Origin: Cyanophora paradoxa CCMP329
Taxonomy: Eukaryota; Plantae; Glaucophyta
Assembly (NCBI GenBank): GCA_004431415.1
Contig: QPMI01000519.1
Span: forward strand, 186,001-250,000
DNA: 64,000 nucleotides
Direction of reading: 5' to 3'
This document shows positions 22,030 to 34,499 of the stretch, in pieces. A program made the position numbers and the translations under genes. Numbering within the stretch: position 1 is the first letter of the stretch; every line of letters starts with the position of its first letter. The notes below the pieces were generated by a model. That model ran no database searches, was not told the DNA's origin, and saw nothing but the letters and a program-made list of their open reading frames with translations.

Positions 22030-25000
22030 CTACAGAAGCCCCGAACTTGCGAGCTTCTGCTCGGCCGCCGCGAGGCACTCCCCCAGCTCCTTTGCCCGCA
22101 CGGGCTTCTGCGGAACGAAGCGAAACGAGCTCGAGAGCGATCGCGGGGGCGGGGGCGGGTTCAGGATCCGGAAGGGGCCCGGGACGGGGCGCACGGCGAG
22201 GAAGGCGTCGTAGCCGGCCTGTGCGCACTCCTGCCGGTCGTGGGCGCCCGCGTTGGCGGAGAGGGCGACGGCGAAGGGGCGCCGCCCCGCCGGCAGCTCG
22301 GCCCGCAGGCGCCGCGCCAGCTCCAGCCCATCCATCTCCGGCACTGATCACGACGGAGCGCAAATTAGAATTTTATTGAATGGGGCTTTCTCGCGAAAAC
22401 GAAGCAGTGCGAGAACGCACTCATGATGTCGGAGAGGAGAATGCGGAAGGGGCGGGGCCCCGCGGCGGCCTCGCGGGCGGCCCGCAGCGCCTCGGCGCCG
22501 TTGGCGGCGTGCTGCACGTCGCCGTAGCCCAGCCGCCGCAGCTGCACCAGCACGATCTTCGCGTTCGTCTGCGCGCGCTCATTATCAGAGGTAATTATAA
22601 TTATAACTAGACGGTGATCATGAAGGAAGATCCAGACGGCCTAAGGGGCGCACGGGCGTGTCCTCCGCAAAAAGGATCCGCGGCTTGGCGGGCGGCGCGT
22701 CTGACGGCAGTGGCGCCTCCGCCCCTGCAGCTGTCGTCGACGTCGCTGGCGCCGGCGCCGGCTCGGACTCCGGGGCGTGCGGGGCCGGGGGCGGCGGCGT
22801 CGGGGCCGGCAGTGCGCGGCGGCGGCAGGCGTCGGAGAGGGTCGAGTGAAGGACGGCCTCCGAGATGGGCAGCCGCAGGGAGACCACGTTCTCACGGCAG
22901 CAGCCTGCGCGCCATCAGGTCAAGCCTTGGGCGAGGCCTAGGCCTCTGATGGTCGCGAGGGGCGCACGGGGGTCGAGGACGAGGGCGAGGCGGAGGAGGA
23001 GGAGCGGGGGCGGGGCCGCGTCCCCGGGGCCCTGCGCCCGCCCCAGCTCCCCCAGCACGCGCTCCACCTGCTCGCGAGCGGCTCCCGCTCGGCTCTGCAG
23101 CTATGGAGGAGTGGGGCGCGCGGGGCCGGGGGGGGCACGAGGGCGGGGAGGTCGTCCGCGGAGAGGGCCCCCGGCATGAAGAGGAGGACGGCCGCCAGCA
23201 GCGCCCCGCGCCCCTCCTCCACCTCACGCCGCACCGCCTGCCCCGAGTTCGATTGGATTAGCAGGCGCGCGCGGCGGCGGGGGCGGGCGGCGGGGGCGCG
23301 CGCCTCGAGGGCGCCCTCGGGGGTGCGCGGTTTCACGAGGCGCATGCCCCACGCCGCCGCGTCCTCCACCGCCGTCACGCCCCACACCTGCGCATGCCGT
23401 GCGAGATCGAATTTGTGAGCATTCGCGCGAGCTTCGAACCCTTATCCCTGATTCATCGAAGGCACGTGCACGTCTTCGCACGAATATAATCCGATCTCAA
23501 TTTCTAGTTCGGATCTTCATCCCTGTTTATTGCGGATCTTATAACGCACTTCCTCATCGAAGGCGGCAATGAGCGTTCGCCCGCGCAGCGCCGGGTCGAC
23601 GTCGGGGCCCTGCGCATATCGCCCCGCCTCGATTCCGCGGTCGCGCGGATCGCTGCGAAAATTGCATAATTCGCGAAAATAATTTTGCACCGCCTTCATC
23701 GCGCCCGTGGCGAGGGGCGCCGCGCGAAACAGGAACGCGAAGGTGGACCCGCAGCCTGCGCGCGCGAAACAGGCCGCTGGGGTTTAGAGTGGTCATGCGG
23801 AGGGCGGCGACGCAGCGACCAGCTGCAGGACAGGCGCACCGGGGGTCGAGACGAGCTGCATGTCGCCTCCGAGGGCGCGGGCGATGCCGCGAGAGATGAA
23901 CAGCCCGAGGCCCGTCCCTGCGCCGAAGCTAAGGAAAAATTATAGTTTCTTATGCGAGAGGCCTCGAGTTCGCACCGGGGTGCCGCCGGCTCTTGGTGTT
24001 GTCGAGCTGCGTGAAGAACTCGAACAGGCGCCGCTGGTCCGCCTCCGCAATCCCGCACCCGCTGTCTGCAAAGTTGACGTCGACGCGTCAGGGCGTCGGA
24101 GCCGCTGCAGCGCGCAGCGGCCGGCGGCCGGGCGCGCCGGTGACGTCGATGCGGTAGAGGGCGGTGCCGTCGGGGCCTGGGCACGCCTCCGCGTCCACCT
24201 CCACCGTGATCCGCCCCCCCTCCGAGAACTTCGCCGAGTCTGCCCGAGATTAATATATATTGATACAAATATTTTGAAGAGGATTTCGATTCGCATAAAA
24301 TAGATTGAATATAATCTCTAGCTATAGCGCTAGCGGCTGAAGCGCGCACTGCCGACGAGGTTGATGAGGACCTGGCGGATGCGCGCCGGGTCCGAGACGA
24401 TGCACCGCTGCAGGCTCCGCCGGATCTGCGGGCAGCGTCGACTCGGCTGGGCGCAGGGCGAGGCGCGCGCTGTCGAGGCGTGGCGGGGGCGCACGATGAA
24501 CTGCATCGCGATGTTCTTCTGGCCCGTGACCTGATCCGCGTGCATGTGGCAGTCAGCGCTAACGTCCCCGCAAGATTTCGGCAATTCGACGTTGACGGGG
24601 GTGCGGGCGGCACCGGCCAGAGGACCTCCATGACGTCCTCGATGCAGGCGCGGAGGCACATCGGCTCGGGGGCGACCCGCAGCCGCCCGCCCCGCTCCAG
24701 CGCCGACGCGTCCAGCACCTCGCTCACCAGCTCCACCAGCCTGCAACGAGCTCGCGACCGCGAGGAGAAGGAGGCCTAGGTGAAGAGATATCGATGCCTA
24801 GTCGCTGAGATCTAGATCTAGAGGGGCGCGGACGCTTGGCCGGACGACTGGGCGACTTGAAGGTACTCGCGTTGCTCGGAGAAGAGCCGGCTGTCATCTA
24901 GCAGCAAGCCGACTATCCCGAGGATCTGCGTTGCGCGCGCACAAGCGCGCGCGCATTTCGCGCATTAAACGGGGCGGTAGAGGCGCGGCTCGCTCGCTCT

Positions 25001-28000
25001 CCCGGCTTGCCGCCTGCATGGGGGTGCGGAGCTCGTGGGTGATGACCGAGAGGAAGTCGCTCTTGGCCTTGGCGGCCGCCCGCGCCTGCTGCACCAGCTC
25101 CGCCTGCGTCAGCGCGATCCCCGCCGCCTGCGCAGGCACCGCATGCGACATCATGGATCATGGAATTGAATGTTCTCTGCTTCGCGACGCAGAGAAGTTT
25201 GAGGGGCGGTCTAGATCTCGATGATTTAATTTCCCCGGCACCTGGCAGACGTCGTCGAAGAGGGCGACGTCGCCCGGGGTGACGGGGCGGCCGGGCTCCT
25301 CCCAGTGCACCGACACGATCCCGTTCACCTGCGCCGGGCCGCGCACATCGCCCTCACCCCTTGCGATCGCGATCAGCGGCGTCGCGCCTTGCCGCCGGCC
25401 CACGTCGGGCTGAAAAGGCCAGCGCGAATCTTCATGCTGTCGAGCAAAGCAACCACAGGCGCGCTCGCTAGCCCGTCGGGCCCCGGCGTCTCGTCGGCCC
25501 ACGACTGCGCCTGCCGCAGGTCCGCACAGTATGTCGCCCCAGGCAGCCGCATCGAGCCCTACGTATATATACTCAGCTCCGTACGCGTGAGCCCCGATTC
25601 CGACCGAGCTCGTTCGGGAAATCGCCGATCGCAAGGGGATGCGGACCTGCACGCGGCCGTGGAGCGGGTCCAGCGTTTCGTGCGTAGGGTTCGAGGCCGT
25701 CGCTGCGAGCTCAAGGTCTTCGCGCATGGAGGTCGCGAGCTGTACGACGCGCATGGTGCCCTTGCAATTGGCTTCGGGCTCGAGGGTCATGATGAAGGAG
25801 CTCCCCGCCCCGAGGGCCTCCCGCAGGCGATGCACCGTCGACTCCACGATCCTGCCGAAATAAGAGAGGATCGGTGGAATCCAGGCGCTTGCCCGCGGCT
25901 GAGGCGTGGATTGTTTGCACTTTCGCGGGTCTAGGGTGTTTCGAATCTCGGCGGAGATGGATCTGTGCAAAAGTTGCAACAACGATTGCAAGATTATACA
26001 CACGCGTGTTGCAAGCTTCAGACGAATTTCGAATGGACGTTGATAAAATAGGAACCTGAGCAGTTTGGCGCGTGCTAGCTGCGCATACAAAGGCGTCAAC
26101 GGCTTTTTAAACAGCGTTGAAATTTGCGATGAAACAAATATGATTCATATTAGAAAGGATTTTTCAGATCGGCACCTCTTCTTCAAGGCGCCGGTTCTTG
26201 TCCTCGAGGTCCGTCAGCAGCGAGTTCAGGCCGATCTGAATTGAAGCGCATCGGAGGTCAGCAGCGCTGAAGCGGAGGCCGCGAGCGAAGAACGTGAAAT
26301 TGCAACGCGAAATCGCAGCGCGCCGAGTGGCCGAGGAGGTCGCAGACGGCGGAGAAGAGGCCGCGCTCGTGCGGGGAGGGGTCCCGCGCGCGGCTCCACC
26401 CCATCGCCACGAGCCCCGTGACCTGCGCGCACGCGACCGCCCCGTCGACGTCAAAGTAGATTTTTAATATTGCACGGAATGCAATATCGAGTTCAGCAGC
26501 GCATGCGGCACCTGGCCTTTCCACTCGGTACCCTGCATGATGCACGAGCTGAATCCGAGAGCCTGAATCTCGTTCTGCATCCGCTTAAACGCTTCCTGGA
26601 GCAGGTATGAGCGCATGCGCGTCCGGACAGAGCCTGCGCATGCGCATGCGCATGCAGCGCACGTCATTCTCGTCGCGGGCGGGGCCGCCCCCGTCGACGT
26701 CCTCCACAAAGCGCATCCAGTCCCGCTCGAAGCGCACCACGCCGGGCCGGGCAAGCATTCTCTGTGACGACGGTAAGTGTTCATGGCAATCGCAAATCCT
26801 AGCGCCCACACGCAGTTCGCTAATATATATAAAGCAGGCTAATAGTTAAGCATTCTTGCGCACCACGATCCTGTGTTTCGCCGCTGGTGACCACGCTGGC
26901 GCGACTGTTTCGCGCACATCGGACCAGTCTCGCATGCAGCAAACCTGCTTTAGTTTCATCATATGCGAAACCGCGCTCGCAAATTATAATTATAATTCAG
27001 CTTGCAAATTTACTGTGAGCACGAATGCGCGCCTGCAGCTCATCCTTAGTTCCGATCACGTCGGCCGGCTTGCAGCGCCCCTGCCCACACCTGCAGCTGA
27101 GAGCGCTCACCATGATGCTGTCGGCATCGAAGAGCTGCATGATGGGTCTGAGGTTAGCTCGCGCCACGTCGCAGAACCGCAGCTCGCTGAGCGAAGAGCC
27201 TCAAAAATCAGGACGAGGAAGAGGTAATCACGGCTAAAAACGTGCGAATTTCGCACGTTCGTATCGAGCGCGAAATGTCGCGAAGGACGGACTCGCTCTT
27301 GAGCTGGTGTTCGAGCATCGCGGTGTGTCGCGCATACTGTTGCATACAAACGATTAAACGGGGAGAAATCAGGAGTCTTCGAAGAGCGAACCTCATCTTC
27401 GAGCTCCTTCTTCTTGGCCTCGAGATGCTTGAGCAGGTTCTCTTGTCCAATCTGCTCATGCATGGTTCTCATCAGTTTGGACCGACTCGAAATTAAACCA
27501 TCCAGTCCAAGCAAAAGCGTTGGAACAAACCGCGTGTCCGATCTGAGAGCGCGCGTCGACCCGCTTCAGCGCTTTGATCGATTCGGTGCCGCGCCGGGGC
27601 GGAACACGCGCCTGGTCGCAGACGGCCTCGAACAGGGCGACCTCGTGCGGCGTGGTGTCGCGCACGGCGTCCCACCCCACCGCAAGGAAGCCCGTTACCT
27701 GGCCATGGGCGGTGTCGACGATTGCGCGCGAGGGCGTCGGTGCGGGCGCTGTTCGAAGGCCCAGCAAACCTGATCGTTCCATTCGGTTGCCATGAAGAGG
27801 CTGCTCGTGAAGCCCATGGACCGAACCGACTCCCGAAGAAGCCTGAAATCCTCCTGGAAGAACGGCGGTGAATCCGCATGCGCGCGTACGCTTACGAGCA
27901 CACGATACGAGCGATGTCGCTCACGCTGTCTTCGGAGAGGTTCGGGTTGACGACTCTGTCGATCTCGGGGACCAAGCGAGACCAGTCGCGCTCGAAGCAC

Positions 28001-30900
28001 GCCTTGCCCCGGGTCGCCAACGCTGCCTGGCCATGCTGGTCATCGGGAGGGAAAAATTCCCTCAAGTTTTAAGCTTTTGAAGATCGCGACATGCCGCAAA
28101 TCGGTTGCGAGATGCGGGCGGGTAGAAAGGCGCAGTGGTCGCTTTGACCTCCGGCCAGCCGCGTTTCAACAAGATCTTCTTTCGCGCATTACAACTCGGC
28201 AGTTCATTGAGCTGAGCGAGTTCATGCGGAAGACGCTAGCGCTGCACCTGAAGTTCATCGGCGGTGCCGATCTTTTCCGCGGCGCTGCGGTCACCGCCGA
28301 CGCGAAACGCGTTCACCATCACGCTTTCCGCGTCGAAGAGCGCCCGAATCCGCCCGGCGCAGTCGCGGAGGATCTCGCGAAGGTCGAGCGTCGTTCTGAT
28401 GGAGCGCGCGACGGAGCGGTGCAGCGCTTCGCTCTGCAGCTGCCGCTCGAGGACCGCCCTCTGATGCGAGCATGAGCGGCGTGATCGTGAGCGTGATTCG
28501 GGCAACGGATCCGGAGACACGCTTCGCGGACCTGGGCCTCCAGTTCGCGGTTCTTGGCGTGCAGGTCTCTCATTAGATTTTCCTGTCCGATCTGGAGATG
28601 TGATGAAATTTTTAACAATTGATTCCCGGGTATACACCACCGAATTCGAAACAGCACTGACGTACCGCGTGGCCGATCTGGGGGCGATCGCGAGAGCAGA
28701 TGATGAGTACGAATATTTAAACTTGGATGCGGCGCCGACGTAAAATATTCAATTGCAAACGGATCGAACCTGATCGCAAATGCTCTCGAAAAGGGCGACG
28801 TCGTGCTGCGAGACCTCGTGATCCCCGCCCCAGGCCACCACCAGGCATCCCGTCACCTGGCGCGGGGCGCGGATTGGATGCGAATCGATGTCGAAGTGAT
28901 CTAGACGATTTACATGCAGTTGTGAATTCGAAGCCGCGCACCATACCGCCCCATTCAGTTGCGCGAAGCATGCCGGATCTCACTTTAAGCTCGCGGTGAA
29001 TCTTCGCCATCTTCTCCCACGCCAACTGGATTGTCGATGAGACGACAGCGTCTAACCAGGGGCGGAATTGCGCGAACGGGGTCGCCGGCCCCCGGATCGG
29101 CGGGGCCGCCTGCGTCGAACTCTGGAATAAACTGAGCCCAGTTCCTCCTGCAAAGCGTCCGGATCGGTTGCGATGGTTCGAACATGCGCTGCGCAGGACG
29201 TCACGAAGCTTAAGGAAGTCGCAACTGCACTCGAGAGTCTTTGCGTGGTCGCGATCTGAAATTCGCGAGACATCACATGATTGTAATTACCTGAATACGA
29301 TAGAGAAGGGCTGGAGGATGGTACGGAGGAGCGTCTTCGACCGTGTCTTCCCCTCGCATTGCCACACACTGCGCGGGCATACATGTACACGATCGCGAAA
29401 TACAGCAGTCGACGTCGAGCTCGAGATCTCGAGTCGGAAACGCACTCTAATTTCCGACGGCGTGCCGAAGGCCGGCCACGGCCTCCCCTCCCGCCCGAGC
29501 TCCGAGATGTAGTTGACGCAGACCGTGTCCGAGTCGAAGAGCTCCCGGATCCGCGGCGCCGTCTCCTTGAGTGTCTCCCTCACGCTGCGTTTGCTGCACG
29601 CGCACAGCGAATTCGAAGATAGGGCGTGAATATGAGACCCGGCCCACACGGCGCCGGCGCCGGCGCGCGCGTTTAATTTGCAAGTCCAATCGAATCGGCG
29701 GCGCAATCTCGCATGGCCCGAGCGATGTCGCGAAAGAGGACCTCCCGCTGCGCATTAATATGGCACTCCGACGTCGACGGCGCGCGGGGCGAATCGATCT
29801 GCGAATTCCAAAAAGCGCTCACGATCACGATTTCCCATTTGATCATGAGAATCAACCCGCGCACTGCTTGCGGCAACGAACTGCTCTCCAGGTTTATATT
29901 CAGCTTGTATATCAAGCTAGTGTCAACGGGCTCGAATTCGCCCCGCGCCCGATGTGCATCCTCCAAAGCAAGTTTTACGCCCACTGCAGCGCGCGCGCAG
30001 ATTTTAATTCGGATCAATTGCAAGTCCACAAAATTCATACAGCCTTCGTACCACACTCAGCGAAGATTCTCAGAGATCGCGCTGTATCCTCCGAGATGTG
30101 CATGTGCTGCCCGGCGTTCCTCCAGTGCACGGCAAGCAGCGCCCACGTCTGCTGCCATGATCGCGGCCAGCGCCTCGAACATGGACACCAAGATCAAGAT
30201 CTATAGCTAGATCTAGAATTCGAAGAGGGGGGATTCTAAATTGATTCGTGCGGACCACGTCGAACGCGCCGCAGAGGAGCCAAGCGCATGAACCAGCCTG
30301 AGTTTGATGAAGTATCTCCTGCGCGCACTCCGGCGAGACACCACGGGCCACCAGCGCTGCAGGGACGTCGCGAACGAAGCGGAATCCGGTCACGTGCGGG
30401 TCCTCGTCGATCGCGATTGCCTCCGGATCCGGATTCGGACGCGGCCTAGGCCTGGCCATGAGCTCGAGCGCGAGCTGGCGCAGCTCCGGAGGGTAAAAAT
30501 CCAGGTCAGCACTGCGGCTTTTGTAAGCGACACAGCAACTCAGCCAGCCATTTGCAGAGACGCGGACGGCTCTTCGAGAGGCAGAACGAAAGCGCAGTCC
30601 GCGTGCGCGATTTTCTGCAAGACTTCGCGCGCTCCAGATCTGCGCATGCTTAGATATATACGAGTGCGGCAGAGAAATGAAAATGATTATGAGGGAAGCG
30701 CCGTCGCGCGCGCACCCGCGCAAAAGTTCCTGGGCGTTGCCCATCCCATCGTTCGTTCCTGCTGCTGGATCCGAAAAATGAACCCCTAGGCCTAGAGCTG
30801 CAGCGGACGCTCGCAGGGCGGCGCGGCGCTCGGCGCCGATCGCGCCGTCTCGTTGCATGAAGGTGGCCCAGTCCTCGCCGACGTCCCGCTGTGCAAGAGT
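22030..30900 (-). CDS. hybrid sensor histidine kinase with four tandem GAF-like repeats, HisKA, HATPase and receiver domain; 5' end uncertain
   Basis: H-box AKSDFLSVITHELRTPM (His 25035-25037), N-box DPARIRQVLINLVG, G1 DSGCGIAEADQRRLFEFFTQ, G2 GTGLGLFISRGIARALGG. Receiver RILFAED...LLSDIM-MPEMDGLELARRLR...ALSAN...KPV (Asp 22428-22430), stop at 22030. Upstream are repeated units ending TEWxxQVTGxxxxxW...DVALFExxCDQIGxA-IGQENL plus a coiled coil. Confidence 0.85.
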
Positions 30901-31419
30901 TCGAGTACGTACTCGCAATTGACGCTTAAGCTGCGAATTCGCGCGCGCGCCGCGCGGCTAGCGCTCGCGAAGCTTAAGTTCTCGCGCTGCTGCAGCTGGC
31001 TTTTGATGTCTCGAGAGAACTGCGACCTCGAGAAAACGGGCTTCAATATTCGTTATTATAATTAAGGCGAATTAGAACCATGGGAAATTAGAATTGAAGG
31101 AGAAACAGGGGAAGGGGGGGGGGGGGGATGGGAGGGGGGGGTTGAAGGGGGGGGGTGGCGTTCGAGAATAGAGAGCATGCATGAGCACGCGCCCCCACGC
31201 GTACATGCACACGCGCGCTCGCTCCCGGCGCTCCGGCCTTTGCCCCAGACCCCCCTCGCGAAAGGGGACTCCGGAAACTAAAGGCCTTTAAATTTTCCCA
31301 TCCGGGTCCTCTGGATCGGAGCTCGCCCCTCCGGATCCCTCGGTTGGTTCGATTTATTTTCCACTGCACAAATAAAGCTACCGCTGACGTATCGCAACTA
31401 TATCTCGGTCAGAATTTGA

Positions 31420-33413
31420 GCTTAAGCTTGTTTTTACGGTCCGCCTCGCCTCGGAAGAGCTTGCGGGGCGCGACATGGCCCGCGGCCTCTGCGTCCGCAT
31501 CCGCAGTGCCGGCCGCCGATCCCCCGAGCTCAAGGCAGAGCATGCCCATCATCTCGCGCACCGCGGCCTTCGCGGCCTCTTTGCGGAGCAGCTCCTGCAG
31601 CTCCTCGCCCTTGAGGACCTGATCCGTGGCGTCGTGCTGTTAGCCGTTCATAGACAGATCGATAGTTTCTTATGATATTTATGGCTGTGTTTCAAGGACG
31701 CCACGAGTGCATGCGCAACGGGCACCTGATCGTTGAGCTCGACCGGCGAGGGCGGCAGCGGGGACAATGCCGAGCTTGAGGCGCGGGCGCGGGCGGCCGC
31801 GGGGAACTGCCGAGTTTCGAGGGTGTCTGGGGCCCAAGAGTATTATTAAGCTTGTCATGAGTACCGTTGAGACTACTCACCGAGGTCCAGGGCAGTTGCC
31901 TGAGCGGCGCCGCGGGCGAGTGCGGCGCGGAACGAGGCGGAAACGGCGGCGGCGCGGGCGCAGGCGTCGTAGAGCTCGAGCGTCTCCCCGAAGACCGCGA
32001 GGCGGGAGCAGGCGCCCGCGGCCCCGCCCTCCGTGAAGTCCCCGCACGGCTCGAAGCCCCTGCGAGAAGCGCAGAGGGCTCACGAATCGAGTTTGAATTC
32101 GGATGCGAAAATCAAATTCATCAAACTGAAATGCGGACCGATCGCGGTTGTGTTCGGCGGCGGGAGTGCGTGAGAGAAATGATGGAGGGGCCGTAAAATC
32201 GAGGACCAGTGCCGCGGCGCCCTTGCCCTGCAACAGCGACGCCGCGGAAATGCTGCGAAAACCAAATCGAACAGAAATCGAAGAATCAGTTCGCAAAATT
32301 TGAGAAAAACTAATTTCAAACAAACTGCAGACGATGTCATGGGATACTGCATGCGGTGTACGCGAGACCGCTGGAAGTCAAGCGCGACACGACGCAGCCG
32401 ACGGGCCTTTAGGGTCCGCGGCATCGGCGTAGCATTGGTCGGCCTACGCCCCGCCGGGTGATCGCGAGCGATCGCCTTCATGATATTGAGCTGACTGTTC
32501 ACGAATGCCTCGACTTCCTGCCTCCTTGAGGGCTGATTCGCGTTCTTATTCATTTCTGGGAGCGGGTAAGTGCGCTTATGCGCAAAGAACTCGAAGTGCC
32601 CCTTCGAGATTGTACGACGCACTTCCGCTTGCGCTGCCGGCGGCCGCCGGCGAAGAATTCCGGGCTTGCTCTTGGAGGTCGAGCTCATTTTTCTTTGGGC
32701 AATAACCCGCGACATCGACCCTGCAAAACGCGCACGAAGTTCAGGAAATTAATTAAATATTCAGGAAAATCGGACGTCGACGACGCAAATGCACATGATC
32801 GTATAAGCCGTTGTCATACGCACGCAAAAATTTCAGAAGACGCCCGAAGCGCGACCCGAAGAGGATAAGCGGAGCGCAATTTGAAGCCGCCGATGCTCAG
32901 GCCAAAGATTTCCTTGCCCGCGATAGGAGGAAGCCCCTCATCAGCGTGTCCGCGGCGCTTGTCATCCGGAATCGCATCTTTGTCATCGTTTGAATCGGAT
33001 TCTTCTTCTGTGCGCCCACGTGCACGGGTGCTGAAGTTGTATGGGGCCCCTGGAAGCTCGTCGCCGATCAAGATTTTCGCAGCTCCTGCGGGAATTCGAA
33101 GGACGAAATTTACTACCCAGGTTCGCGAGGTAAGATTTAATTTAAGCGCACCAGCAAAAGTTCGCTTCGCCTGCGCCGGGCTCGAAATGCAGGCCGTCTC
33201 TTTCGCCCAGTCCGCGTACGTCGGCAACTCCAAGAGCCTGTCCAAGGCGCCGCCGTCGGGAAACGCCGCGTCGAACGCTTGCATGAGGACCGCCTGCTGG
33301 AAGCGCTCTTGCCCGAGCGGCGAGAGCACGGATTTCTCGAGCTCCACGGCGTACTCTTCGAACTCGGCACCCGAGAAGTTTTGCATCATGAGCTGCTGCA
33401 TCATGCTCTGCAT
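31420..33413 (-). CDS. multi-exon hypothetical protein (may be a separate gene or the 5' extension of the histidine kinase)
   Basis: Coding-like exons MQSMMQQLMMQNFSGAEFEEYAVELEKSVLSP... (33413-33180), EVRRTISKGHFEFFAHKRTYP..., VLKGEELQELLRKEAAKAAVREMMGMLCLELG. No domain recognised. Confidence 0.45.
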
Positions 33414-34499
33414 CGGTAGCTAACTTGCTGCCGCCGGTGCAGCTGCGCAGGCAGCGTGCAGCCAGATCGCGATTGAAATCGTAGAAATCGATCGCGAGCT
33501 CAAGTGGAACATTAATTTTGGGTGATGGGGGATTAATTTTGGGTGATGGGGGGATATATAAGGGGTAGATTGCGAGGAGGAGGAACTAGCTATATCCGGC
33601 CGTAGCTTGCCTGCTGCTGCTAGCTATATATATATATAGCGCTGCAGCGCTAGCGCTGCAGCGCTGCACTATAGCTAAGTATAATTTCGAGAGAGATCGA
33701 AGTTGCAGCTATATAACGCGCCGACCGGATATCCGGATCCGGAGAGACAGCTAGCAGGAGATCTAGATCTAGAGAGCTCGAGCTCGAGAGGATCGAGGCC
33801 GGCTATATATAGGCCATAGCTAATATAGCTAGGGGGCCCCGCGGCCTCGCGAGCTCAAATTAAGATCCAGATCTAGAGGGGAGGAGATCTGGACGGGAGG
33901 AGGAGATCTATAGCTAGAGATTTAGAATTCGAATTCGAAGGCATTTAGGCAAGGCTAGAGACTTGAAAGGGACATGCGCATGCGGACACGCGCGGGGGAA
34001 ATGCGCATGGCCGGACTAGTAAGCCGTGACGAGCGAGGGAGAAACATGCATATGAGATCTTTGATTCTGTAAGCTTTAAGGCCGCCGGGCTTCCGAGGCT
34101 CGCAAGCTCGAATTTTGAAGGAGACCGTGGCAGGGGCAGGGGCAGGGCCCGGGGGGGGGGGGGGGGGGGGGGAAGCCTGAACGCTCGCCTCGCTACTCCT
34201 GGCGCTCAGCCTGTACGCTCGCCTCGCTACTCCTGCCGCCGCGGCCTCGCCCCCGCCTAGGCCCGGACTAGTCCGCGAAAGGTCAATAGGGAGCCTGAGG
34301 TCATCTGGGCCCCGATTCTGGGGCTTCAGGCCCAGCTCGAGCTCCTGCCCTGGATCAAGGCCCTGCGCCCACCCGCCCTCTCTGGCCTCTTCTCCCCACG
34401 CCCTGTCCCGTGCCAACGTTGGGGATCCTCTAGATCTCCTGCACTGCCCTGTACACTCGCTACGCCTGCGACCGCAGCCGCGTCCGCCCCCACCCCGGC

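Noticed and set aside
22030-30900. Phytochrome or ethylene receptor identity for the histidine kinase
   Set aside because: No PASDIP/CH bilin-binding or PHY (PRxSF) motif and no N-terminal three-TM ethylene-binding domain were recognised.
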